64,000 nt of DNA, taken from NCBI GenBank assembly GCA_963745075.1, contig CAVUWV010000027.1:184969-248968 (forward strand). Direction: 5' to 3'. The stretch comes from Candidatus Hydrogenedentota bacterium. GTDB lineage: Bacteria > Hydrogenedentota > Hydrogenedentia > Hydrogenedentales > SLHB01. The position numbers and the translations under genes were made by a program. Shown piece after piece: positions 21,352 to 30,984 of this stretch (position 1 is the first letter of the stretch; each line of letters opens with the position of its first letter). Under the pieces are notes generated by a model. The model ran no database searches, was not told where the DNA came from, and saw nothing but the letters and a program-made list of their open reading frames with translations.

Positions 21352-21491
21352 AACTTCACCTCTTTGGTCACAGGTCATGCCTGATTGGTTTCAATGGACA
21401 TTGGGGCGGTATTTTATAACGCCCCTGCGCACAGGGGCAAATCCGGGGCCATAGAAGAAACGCGCCGACCTCCCCCGTCCAGACACCGGCG

Positions 21492-23264
21492 TCAAAAAGA
21501 TAACGAGTTGGGAACGAACGGTTTGTCGTCCGTCACGTTCATGAGCCGGTCATCAACGAGAGGCAGATCGGTGTGAAACACGCGATTCAACGTCACACGA
21601 AACAGGTTGGCCAGACTGATCGAGGGATATAACTCGGCGTTCTCGCCCTGCGCCGGTTCGGGGAACCGTACTGCGAGGAGATTGGCGTATCGTCTGTCGG
21701 GTGCGGTGTTCTCCGGTTGCAGCGCAAGCGGCGCCCCGCGCGTGGAGGCGATTAGGACGACCACCGGTCTTTTCGATTGGCGGATGATACGCTCAGCCGC
21801 GTCGCCCACAATTCTGTTCGTGAAGAACAACTGATCGAGATACGCTTCGCGGAATTCCACTTCCTGCCTCCGCAGCCCTTCCTGGACGGACAGGGAATCG
21901 GGCCCGAAAGGCTGGGCGCGGTCGCCGTCGCGGGTGAACAAGAACGGAGGTTCGGGTATCAGGAGGTTGGCGAAGTAGAAACGGGGCTGTTTGCTTTCGG
22001 TTGCGCTTTGCTGAACCAGTTGCTGAACGGCGTAGAGAATGCGCGCGCGCAGGAATGAGTACCGCCAATAGGCCGGATTGCTGTAGCGCAGATAGTACAT
22101 GCCCTCCATCACCCGCGAGGCGACCGTCCGGCCGGCGAGAACGACTTCGAACTCACCCGGGGTCCGTGGAGGGTCGATACAGATGTCCACGTTCGGCTCC
22201 GACAACTCGAGCGATTGGACCCCCGGCGACGTTGCGATGATTTTGTACCCCTGACCGCGGAGAAAGGAAAACACGCGATTGGAGCGGTAGAAATCGAGAA
22301 CGGTATCGACGGTGCCTTTGGACCGGTCGGCGGGTGCAACCAGCGCGTCCAGGTAATCCAGGTTTAAGCACGCCGACAAGGCGCACGCCGGTATGGCGTA
22401 GTTCGAATGACTTTGCGGCGCGATGGTGAATCCGAGGTCCCGCAGCGAGCCTTCAAAGGCCATGTTGTTAAATGCATAGGTGGACCGGAGGATGTCGGAG
22501 CGCGGGTATCCATCCAGCGCGATGAAATAGATATCGGGCGCGCTGTCGGAAGATGCGGCCGTCTCCGCCGTTTTCATGTCCAGGGGGAGTTCGTCCACGT
22601 TCGGCGCGGGGGTGCGGTTGAACAATACGACGACGCAGTACAAGGCGATCAAGATTCCCGCAAACCAATTTGCGGAAGGCGTCAGTGCGCGGTAGTCGCC
22701 CCGGTATCGCAGGACCGCAATCACGGCGAACGTCGTAATCACCAGATAAGCGGTGATGATCCACGCGGCGCGCCGGCCGAAGACGGGTGCAAACAAGAAT
22801 GTGGCGACCGCAAACCCTGCGATGGCCACGGGAACCATGACTACGAGCAGATTCTTTATCGCGCGACGACTGCGGCGATAGCGGTAGAGGAACACGCCAA
22901 TTCCGACCAGAGCTACGCCTACGTAGATTAAATAGAAAGTCTGCGGCGGCCAGGGGGAGAGCAGCCGAACTGCGCTGTTGATGGTGTCTTCCAACACCCC
23001 CCAGAGGACGCAGAACGCCAGGACCAATACAGACGCGACGACTCCACCGCGGTAACGGTCACGAAACAGGATCCAGCAAAGTATCCACAGGGTGAATGAA
23101 CTCGCTACGAGAATGACTGCGGGACGGACGAGGACCGCAGCCGGGGTTACAGAAGCATTTTGCGCGTAGAGGCCCAATACAGGCGTCAACGACAACACCA
23201 TGGGATGAAAAACGCGAACCGTACGAAGGTTCTTTAGGGCGCGTTCGCCTACACCAGTGCTCAT
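21492..23264 (-). CDS. Membrane protein with C-terminal alkaline phosphatase/sulfatase-like domain
   Basis: Multiple N-terminal TM helices; PDIYFIALDGY and PEPPFLF motifs. The expected metal-binding residues look degenerate (PEPPF, ASTRG). Confidence 0.72.
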   Translation of the reverse strand: MSTGVGERALKNLRTVRVFHPMVLSLTPVLGLYAQNASVTPAAVLVRPAVILVASSFTLWILCWILFRDRYRGGVVASVLVLAFCVLWGVLEDTINSAVRLLSPWPPQTFYLIYVGVALVGIGVFLYRYRRSRRAIKNLLVVMVPVAIAGFAVATFLFAPVFGRRAAWIITAYLVITTFAVIAVLRYRGDYRALTPSANWFAGILIALYCVVVLFNRTPAPNVDELPLDMKTAETAASSDSAPDIYFIALDGYPRSDILRSTYAFNNMAFEGSLRDLGFTIAPQSHSNYAIPACALSACLNLDYLDALVAPADRSKGTVDTVLDFYRSNRVFSFLRGQGYKIIATSPGVQSLELSEPNVDICIDPPRTPGEFEVVLAGRTVASRVMEGMYYLRYSNPAYWRYSFLRARILYAVQQLVQQSATESKQPRFYFANLLIPEPPFLFTRDGDRAQPFGPDSLSVQEGLRRQEVEFREAYLDQLFFTNRIVGDAAERIIRQSKRPVVVLIASTRGAPLALQPENTAPDRRYANLLAVRFPEPAQGENAELYPSISLANLFRVTLNRVFHTDLPLVDDRLMNVTDDKPFVPNSLSF

Positions 23265-23417
23265 GAATCTCTTACAGCCTTTCTCATCCCGCTGGTAAGA
23301 TGTAATGGTACCAAATTTGGCCTGAGAATAACGAATGAGCGTATCTTAGTTATCGGAACCAGGAAAACCAGGTAAAATAAGATTATTGCGATGAAAATAC
23401 ACGACGGTGCCTACTAA

Positions 23418-23464
23418 AATCTATATAATGTATTGTTCAGAAAAATCACCACAACATATTGAAT
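23418..23464 (+). promoter_or_regulatory. Tandem NrdR boxes
   Basis: aatCTAtATaATGtat (23418-23433) and ccaCAAcATaTTGaat (23449-23464), 31 bp apart, match acaCwAtATaTwGtgt and lie upstream of the thyX-RNR genes. Confidence 0.75.
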
Positions 23465-23487
23465 TTATTCGCAACGAGTGATACACT
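23459..23487 (+). promoter_or_regulatory. Sigma70 promoter of thyX-nrdJ
   Basis: TTGAAT (23459-23464), 17 bp, TG-extended TACACT (23482-23487); the -35 overlaps the second NrdR box. Confidence 0.65.
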
Positions 23488-23491
23488 GATT

Positions 23492-23736
23492 CCGTTGCAG
23501 TAAAAGGCGTGGAGCTGACGGATTCTTGGGGGATCCCACAGGCTCGGGGGACGGTCGCGAGCGCGTGCCACCCAGCACTCAGCGTCACGCTAACTTATTT
23601 TCGTTCAAGGGGTTAGGGTCGGGTCAACCCACGTGACTGTTTCGAGAGGGGGGACCGTTGACCGAATGCGCCCAGCGGAAAGGCGAAGGTCACAAAGTGG
23701 TGGACATCGCGGAAGAGCGCTCCTATAATGCAACGG
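23492..23736 (+). ncRNA. Candidate structured RNA / leader upstream of thyX-nrdJ
   Basis: Terminal pairing CCGTTGCA/TGCAACGG encloses several nested stems and begins right after the predicted -10. Confidence 0.5.
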
Positions 23737-23863
23737 CGCTGTCCAGTTCTGGAATTTCCCCGACTCTCCCGGACTCCGCACTTGGATTTTGTTTTTGTCA
23801 AGTTATTGGGCTGCAAGTGTTTAACTATTCTGCCCGTGATGGGCGTCGGCGGATTGGCTTACA

Positions 23864-24646
23864 ATGGAATTTGTAGAACCGAAAGTATTTCTGATCGGGG
23901 AGACCCGCATGATCGAAGAGGGGCTCCAGTCCTATCTCGACCATGTGGGAGTGCCGGATTGGAGCACGGATGCGCCGACCGATTCGGAGCGGCTTTGCGA
24001 AGTGTATGGGCGGCTGTGCTACCGAAGTTTTGAACCTGGCCTCAATCCGAACGTAACGCGCGTTCGCAAAGGGAATGCCACCTATCTCGGCCACGTGCTC
24101 GAAGTCGGACATGGCAGCGTCATCGAACACGCGGTACTGAACTTTGTTTTTGCCGACGTCAGCCGAGTGTTTACGCACGAACTGGTGCGCCATCGCGCCG
24201 GTACGGCGATCTCCCAGGAATCGCTCCGGTTCGTGCGGTTGGACCGGCTTTCCGCCTACGTGCCCACGCACATCAAAGAAGATGAAAAGGGTCTGGCGAT
24301 CTTCGGCCGCACGTTGGAACAGCTCGAAGCGGTGCAACAAGAGCTTGCGAGCGCCTACGAAATCGAGGATGAGAAAAAATTCAGCCGCAAGAAAAAACTC
24401 ACTTCGGCTTTCCGCCGTGTGGCTCCGGAAGGTTTGGCGACGACGATCGGGTGGTCGTGCAATTTTCGAACGCTGCGTCACGTGATCGAGATGCGGACCG
24501 CGCCCGACGCGGAAGAAGAACTGCGGCTGGTATTCGGCAAAGTGTACGAGTTGGTCAAGGATCGGTACACGAGTCTGATGAGCGATTACGAAACCGAAAT
24601 GGCGGACGGTATGCCGTGGATCAAAACGTCCCACAAGAAGGTTTGA
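23864..24646 (+). CDS. thyX: FAD-dependent thymidylate synthase
   Basis: GRLCYRS, GHGSVIEH, and the ThyX motif SRVFTHELVRHRAGTAISQESLRFV. Confidence 0.95.
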   Translation: MEFVEPKVFLIGETRMIEEGLQSYLDHVGVPDWSTDAPTDSERLCEVYGRLCYRSFEPGLNPNVTRVRKGNATYLGHVLEVGHGSVIEHAVLNFVFADVSRVFTHELVRHRAGTAISQESLRFVRLDRLSAYVPTHIKEDEKGLAIFGRTLEQLEAVQQELASAYEIEDEKKFSRKKKLTSAFRRVAPEGLATTIGWSCNFRTLRHVIEMRTAPDAEEELRLVFGKVYELVKDRYTSLMSDYETEMADGMPWIKTSHKKV

Positions 24647-24726
24647 GGGAGACGATACTACGAGGGGACAAAGGGGGTCCCATCGTTTGGTTGCCCAGAG
24701 AGTTTGCGAAAGTGAGGTGACGCCAC

Positions 24727-26826
24727 ATGTTGTTCGAGGTCAAAGAGCGCTTCAAGCTGTCCGAAAAATTCATCGACCAGTTTCGCGGCACGCAGCCCCA
24801 TTGGGGACCGCTGGGATACGTGACCTTCAAACGCACGTACGCCCGCACCGTTCCGGGGGAAGGCGGGCGGACGGAAGAATACTGGGAGACCGTGCGGCGC
24901 GTTGTGGAAGGGTGCTACACGATCCAGTTAAACCACTGCCGAAACCTCAAACTGCCCTGGAACAACCAGAAGGCCCAACGTTCCGCTCAGGAAATGTATC
25001 AACTCATGTGGAACTTCAAGTTCCTGCCTCCGGGTCGCGGGCTCTGGATGATGGGTACGGAATATATCTTCGAGCGCGGTTCCGCGGCTTTGAACAACTG
25101 TGCGTTCGTGTCGACGGACGAGATCAACTTCAATTTCTCGGAACCGTTCTGCTTCCTGATGGACATGTCACTCCTTGGCGTCGGGGTGGCGTTCGACACG
25201 AAGGGATCGGGCACGGTTACGATTCACGATCCGAAGCCGGCGGGCTACACCCACGTCGTCGAAGACTCGAAAGAAGGCTGGGTCGATCTGGTTCGGTGCG
25301 TGCTCGAAGCGTATGCCGGCAAAGGCAAGCGTCCCGCTCACATCGACTACTCGCAAATCCGGCCCGCGGGCTCCCCTATCCGCACGTTCGGCGGCATCGC
25401 TCCGGGACCGGCGCCGTTGATAGAGTGCATCGGCAATATCGACAAAGTATTGACCCCGCGCATCGGCGAACGGATTACCTCTCCGGACATCACGGATCTC
25501 ATGAACGTCATCGGCAAGTGCGTGGTATCCGGTGGCGTGCGCCGAACGGCGGAACTGGCCCTTGGGAATCCCGGTGACGAAGATTATCTGCAACTCAAGG
25601 ACCCCGAACTGCACAAAGAAAAGCTCATGGCGTGGCGCTGGGCGTCGAACAACAGCGTGTCCGCCGATATCGGCATGGATTACCAGCAGGTGGGCCTGCA
25701 GACCGCGAAGAACGGCGAACCCGGGTATTTCTGGCTGGAGAACGCCCGCGCCTTTGGACGACTGAAGGACGGCATCAACAACGCCGACGAAAAAGTTCAG
25801 GGGACGAACCCCTGCGCCGAGCAGAGCCTGGAATCGTACGAGATTTGCAACCTCGTCGAAACGTTTCCGTCGTTGCACGACAGTTTCGAGGAATATAAGC
25901 GGACACTGAAGTTCGCGTATCTTTACGCGAAGACCGTCACGCTGGTGCCGACGCACAACGAGCGCACGAACGCCATCATGTTACGGAACCGGCGCATCGG
26001 GTTATCCCAGTCCGGTATTGTCGAAGCCTTCGAGAAGCACGGGCGGCGCACGCACTTCCAGTGGTGCGACGAAGGGTATACGTATATCTGTAAATTGGAT
26101 CGGATCTATGCGCAGTGGCTGTGCATTCCCGAGAGCATCAAGAAGACGAGCGTCAAACCCAGCGGCACCGTGTCGCTGTTGCCGGGCGTCACGCCGGGGA
26201 TTCACTATCCCCATTCGCAGTTCTATTACCGGACCATCCGGATCGACCGGACCAGCCCCCTGGTCGATCCGATCCGCCGCGCGGGATACCGCATGGAAGA
26301 TTCCGTGTATGGCGACAATACACTCGTCGTGTATTTCCCGGTGAAACAGCGCGTATTCGAGCGGTCGAAAACCGACGTGTCCATCTGGGAGCAGGTCGAG
26401 AACGTCGCGCAGATGCAGTACTACTGGGCCGACAACCAGGTCAGCGCGACGATTACCTTCAAGCCGGAAGAGGCCCGAGATATCCCCATGATTCTCGAAA
26501 TGTACGAGCCGCGGCTGAAATCGATCAGCTTCCTGCCGCTGGTCGAGCACAACTACGCCCAAGCGCCTTATCAGGAAATCACCGCCGAGATGTACCACAT
26601 CGCGGAAGCAAAACTGAGCGAGTTGGACTTCGAGAATCTGAATACCGACGAGATGGCGGACCTCTACTGCGACGGCGACAAGTGCGAACTGGTCATGGCC
26701 GAACCGAAGGTGATTCCGCAGGAAGAGTTCTCCTTCACCAAGCCGCGCAACGGAAATGGCAACGGCAACGGTCATGCGAAGCCGGCAGAAGTCGGCGAGA
26801 GCGAGAAGATCGTCACGCCGCTGTAA
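24727..26826 (+). CDS. nrdJ: Adenosylcobalamin-dependent (class II, monomeric RTPR-type) ribonucleotide reductase
   Basis: FLPPGRGLW, ALNNC, GGVRRTAE, GTNPCAEQSL...CNLVE, VKPSGTVSLL, WADNQVS, C-terminal CDGDKC. Confidence 0.93.
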   Translation: MLFEVKERFKLSEKFIDQFRGTQPHWGPLGYVTFKRTYARTVPGEGGRTEEYWETVRRVVEGCYTIQLNHCRNLKLPWNNQKAQRSAQEMYQLMWNFKFLPPGRGLWMMGTEYIFERGSAALNNCAFVSTDEINFNFSEPFCFLMDMSLLGVGVAFDTKGSGTVTIHDPKPAGYTHVVEDSKEGWVDLVRCVLEAYAGKGKRPAHIDYSQIRPAGSPIRTFGGIAPGPAPLIECIGNIDKVLTPRIGERITSPDITDLMNVIGKCVVSGGVRRTAELALGNPGDEDYLQLKDPELHKEKLMAWRWASNNSVSADIGMDYQQVGLQTAKNGEPGYFWLENARAFGRLKDGINNADEKVQGTNPCAEQSLESYEICNLVETFPSLHDSFEEYKRTLKFAYLYAKTVTLVPTHNERTNAIMLRNRRIGLSQSGIVEAFEKHGRRTHFQWCDEGYTYICKLDRIYAQWLCIPESIKKTSVKPSGTVSLLPGVTPGIHYPHSQFYYRTIRIDRTSPLVDPIRRAGYRMEDSVYGDNTLVVYFPVKQRVFERSKTDVSIWEQVENVAQMQYYWADNQVSATITFKPEEARDIPMILEMYEPRLKSISFLPLVEHNYAQAPYQEITAEMYHIAEAKLSELDFENLNTDEMADLYCDGDKCELVMAEPKVIPQEEFSFTKPRNGNGNGNGHAKPAEVGESEKIVTPL

Positions 26827-26851
26827 CGGCGCTGAGATACGATTGGATCAT

Positions 26852-26886
26852 GGGCGGGAGACCGAGAGGTTTCCCGCCCGCTTTCT
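26852..26886 (+). terminator. Intrinsic terminator after nrdJ
   Basis: GGGCGGGAGACC-GAGA-GGTTTCCCGCCC followed by GCTTTCT. Confidence 0.7.
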
Positions 26887-26994
26887 GTATCCTGCGAGTG
26901 GAAGAACATCCCCCTTGATCCCCCCCCTCTGTTTTTGACGAAACAAAGGGTCCGTGCCGGCGGGATTGTAGCTCAGCGCGGCGTAGCCCCAGCC

Positions 26995-27062
26995 AAATTC
27001 GAAATCCGAAGCACGAAATCCTAAACAAATCCGAATGTCCTAAAGGAGGAATGACCAAAACG
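26995..27062. repeat. Half-copy of the heptamer-built palindromic element at 39421-39598
   Basis: aaattcgaaatccgaagcacgaaatcctaaacaaatccgaat is near-identical to the left arm starting at 39423. Confidence 0.7.
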
Positions 27063-27243
27063 ACTCTCCGGAACTGAGACCTACAACCAACTTTGCATGG
27101 GCAGGCATTCATATGCAGTCCCCGGATGGGGCAACTCGAACCTGGCCCATCGCGGCGTCGCCGCGAGCAGAACGGTTTTGTCCACCGATTACACCGACGC
27201 TCACCGATTGGACTTGGACTTCCCGGCTCGTGCCGACCCAGCA

Positions 27244-27345
27244 ACCCTGGCCCGAAGGGCCGAAACATGATAGCCCGGGGCAAACTACGCCGTGGCGTAG
27301 CCCGGGTCCAAGGGCCACTCGAACCAAAGCGCTGAAAGTGCGCAA
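27244..27345. repeat. REP-like hairpin cluster
   Basis: GGCCC-GAA-GGGCC, CCCGGG...CTACGCC-GT-GGCGTAG-CCCGGG, GCGC-TGAAAGT-GCGC. Confidence 0.55.
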
Positions 27346-27429
27346 CAATCGAACGACGGCCGCTTCCGAACTCCGAAATCGCAACGCCACCACCTGTCCT
27401 ATTGCGCATTTTAGCCCGGTGCGCTACTC

Positions 27430-27600
27430 TTATTGGGGTATCTGCGGTCCGGCATGACGAAGGACCGGACCGAGCAGCTCCACGTGGAGGATGACCCCGA
27501 TGCTGTCAACCGCATCCGCCGCCAGACCAGTACCGGACGCCCCTGCGGCGCAGCCGGATTCGTGGCACAGGCGGAGGCGTATGCGAGACGTTCCCGGCAT
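27430..27600 (+). pseudogene. C-terminal fragment of RAYT/IS200-like (Y1 HUH) transposase
   Basis: IRRQTSTGRPCGAAGFVAQAEAYARR resembles the TGRPLG...LE..LGR tail I associate with this family and the fragment at 32640-32886. No HUH core is present. Confidence 0.55.
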
Positions 27601-27667
27601 GTTTGCCCGCTGGCGCGGTCAAGCCATGCCTGCCACTGGGGCGCGACTTCACTGCGTTGCAGTCGCG

Positions 27668-29811
27668 GGGACCGCAACGAGTTGAGCACGCTGACGGCGC
27701 CGGGGTCGAAGACGTGGACGTTCCATTACAACGACATCGCAGACGGCTGTGCCGTCTGGTCTTTCGGTATCACGCTCAGCCGCGTGATACCTGGCGACGC
27801 GGGCGGTTTCGCTCCGCTGCAACCGCGGGGCAGCCGACGTATTACAACATCCCGAACGGGATGACGACGAATTACAGCTACGACATCCGCAATCGATTGA
27901 CAGCCATCGAGCATAAGGATGGGGCGAACGTGTTGGACGGGTTTACGTATGCCCAGGACGGCGTGGGGAATATCACGCAGACCACGCATGAGGACGGGGC
28001 GTTCTGGGAATATGGCTACGATGGGCGGTACCGCTTGACCAGCGCCGTGCGGAGCAACGCCAACGAGACGATCGAGGCGGCGTATGCCTACACCTACGAT
28101 GACGGGGATAATTTGCTCACGAAAGTCGAGACCCTTCGAGGACGATTTCGATGAAGGCAACTACACGGGTTGGTCGCGCGTGATACCTGGGAAGCGTGGC
28201 GGTTTCGCTTCGTACAACACTCCGCATGACACCCGGCACGGCGGGCACCATCGCCAAGGCACACACGGACGCGAGCCTCGAACTGCGGTTTACGTACGTG
28301 TGCAACGACGACAGCGATACCAGCTACGGATTGCTTGTCGGGCCGCGCTATGCTGCGGGCGGCGACCGAATCTACTTGTACTTCTACCCAGACCGCGCCG
28401 TGTTGGCGCAACGGGTAAGCGGCGTCTGGACGCAACTCGACTGGGACGGCGCCGACAGCGTTGAGGGTACCGAATACACCGCCCGGATCGTGTGCGACGG
28501 GTCGAATGTGAAGGTGTATCGGAGCGAGCCGGGGCAGTTGGAAACGAAGATCCTGGAGACGTCGAGCTGCACGGCCACCGCGACAAATTACGTGGCGTTC
28601 ACGCCCCAAACGGACGCGGATTTCGCGATCGACAACATCCGCATCCTGTCCGACGACCTCAGAACACGACGACGTTTGCCGTCAACAACGCCAACGAACT
28701 CACGTCGATGATCACGCTGGGGCGTGACTCCACCACCTTCGGCTTCGACGACTGGGGCCGCATGACCAGCAAGGCCAGGGGGAGCTATGAGGCGACGTAT
28801 AGCTACCGCTACGGGCAGATGCTGCGGTCGGTCACCAGTGACTTCCCCGGCGAGGGCAATGTGACGTATGAGTATGGTGGGGATGGTAAACGGAGGGAAA
28901 GGACTGTAGGGACCGATGTCACCTGCTACAACTATTCGGCTGGTTGGAAGGTTGTCAGCGAGGAAGACGGTTCAAACAACCTTGGGCGAACCCGTGTCGG
29001 CTTTACTATTGCTGAGTCAGTCGGTTCCAATCCATCAACGGGCTCGTGGCACTACCTGCTGCGGGATCGATTAGGCTCGATTCGAGATACTCGCAACGAT
29101 GCAAAGGAACAAGTGGTCATGTATGAATTCTCACCGTACGGGCAGAGCTATGTAGCATCGGGAGATACGATCGCTATCTCACCATCGTTTGCCCTTCACA
29201 ATTGGGATTCGGTAGCAACGCTGTATGGCGCGCCATTTCGTTCCTATAGTTCCACTCTAGCGCGCTGGACGGCCAAAGACCCTCTCGGAGCGTGGGACGG
29301 ACCAAATCGCCATTCGTATGTCCGAAACAACCCCATCAACAGAGTTGATCCTTTGGGTCTGTTCCAATGTGAGTACTGCATAGAAACGCATAAAATGGTG
29401 TGTTGGCAATCACAAGAACATCCTGATCATCGAGAATGGGCGCACTATGAATCCGATGATTTCTATTCTGGGAACAACGATGATCCGAACCATCCTGACG
29501 CAATGAACAACCCAGATGAAACAGACGTTGCGAATATCGGCCCAATACCTCCGGGTGAATACATTATTGGCCCTATTGAAGATTGGCACTCCCCGAACAA
29601 GCACCCTTGGAGACCGCTCATCCCGGTTGATCCCAGCAACTTTCCTGTTGATCGCGATCCCAACTCGTTTTTTCTCCACGGTCCTGGTTTATCTGAGGGC
29701 TGTATAGCCTGCGGGAGCAACGACACCCGAGACACGTTTATTGAAGACATGCTAAGCAGTGAGGAAGGGAATAACTCATTGACGGTTAAAGAACACTCCT
29801 GCATGAGATGA
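27668..29811 (+). pseudogene. Rhs/YD-repeat protein (N-truncated, frameshifted) with Tlde1/DUF2778-like L,D-transpeptidase-fold C-terminal toxin
   Basis: YD repeats (YSYDIRNRLT, YGYDGRYRLT); core end DPLGAWDGPNRHSYVRNNPINRVDPLGL; tip FYSG...GPIPPGEY...FFLHGPGLSEGCI. Frame breaks near 27740-27826, 28130-28200 and 28660. Confidence 0.82.
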
Positions 29812-29958
29812 TGAGTCAACCGATTAATCTCACCTGAAAGCCGTTGTAGAACTGAGTAGCTAAACGATATTACAGAATCTTTCGTACGTAGTCCTCGGTA
29901 AACTGACGGTCTATCGATACGCAGTTGAAACGGTCCGTGTGCGGGCTAGGGGATCCGT

Positions 29959-30906
29959 GTGATGAAGAGCCTGTTATCGAAGTTCGTGGGTATCGCAGTC
30001 CTTTCCTGTATCGTGGCGGTTGTTGGTGCTAATAGCCACGGTATGAACGATGCAATTCGCATAGGAGTGCTCGAAGATATCTTTGTTGGTTCTCGGACAA
30101 TACTGGGACATTACACCCCTGCTCACTACGTGACAAAAGTGCGGACCGTGTTTCAATACGACGGTGGCGATTGGACCGCCTTTGCACATGAAATCCACGA
30201 TGCACGAGGATTAGAACAAAACAGGGAGTCATTCCTTGTTCAGGAGCGCTGGTTTGCGATCGTCGGAGGCAAAGTGAAGGGGGAATTAACCAGTGAACCA
30301 GCTGACAGGTATGAGGGCCATTTGGATGCGTGCACGCAACCTGTCTTGCACGCTCCGGAATGGTGGAACTCAATACCGCGAAGCCTGAATTGGTCTGGTT
30401 GGCGCGGAAAGCCAGTAAGACAGCCGATAGTACTGGTATCGCAGGTTTGTGCTCCTCAGATTGCTTACAAGAAGGAGCCGTGGAGCGGAGGGATCCCTGA
30501 CAAGGTTCTCGACGCCTTTGTCGACAATGTACCCGTTCATCGTCGCGAAGGGGGTGACTGGGCCTTATTGAGTTCAGAGACTCTGCGAGGTATGGGAGAA
30601 ATTGAGGTAAGGGACTGCTACGGATGGATGGCGGAGCACCGTTTATTCTCTGTTGGCTTTAGAGAGAATAGCCGATTCTATGATGACAATGTGTATGCTG
30701 CGGAGCTTCGGGATCATTGGATCGTGCAGTTGGGGGAATCTGTTCGCTATATTGGAACCCATATGGAACTGCTTACTATGGGTGACTTCGATTGTGATTC
30801 TGCGGTCGACGCAATGTTTTGGATTGATGGTTACAACAGAAATGGCTACAAATTGTTTTGGGATTCATTCTCACAAGAGGAAACTTATGACTGGAAATAC
30901 CACTGA
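29959..30906 (+). CDS. Exported hypothetical protein, putative immunity protein
   Basis: Signal peptide; lies directly downstream of the Rhs toxin tip and shares its AT-richer composition. Confidence 0.6.
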   Translation: MMKSLLSKFVGIAVLSCIVAVVGANSHGMNDAIRIGVLEDIFVGSRTILGHYTPAHYVTKVRTVFQYDGGDWTAFAHEIHDARGLEQNRESFLVQERWFAIVGGKVKGELTSEPADRYEGHLDACTQPVLHAPEWWNSIPRSLNWSGWRGKPVRQPIVLVSQVCAPQIAYKKEPWSGGIPDKVLDAFVDNVPVHRREGGDWALLSSETLRGMGEIEVRDCYGWMAEHRLFSVGFRENSRFYDDNVYAAELRDHWIVQLGESVRYIGTHMELLTMGDFDCDSAVDAMFWIDGYNRNGYKLFWDSFSQEETYDWKYH

Positions 30907-30984
30907 AGGCCCAAGCTTCAATATCCGCTACGAGTACTGAATGAGGATCGTGATGCAAAGTATCAAACGGAATCCAGCCTCGCG

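Noticed and set aside
23492..23736. Cobalamin riboswitch call for the nrdJ leader
   Set aside because: I could not find the B12-box or the GGGAA...GCCACTG core by eye, so it is left as an unassigned structured RNA.
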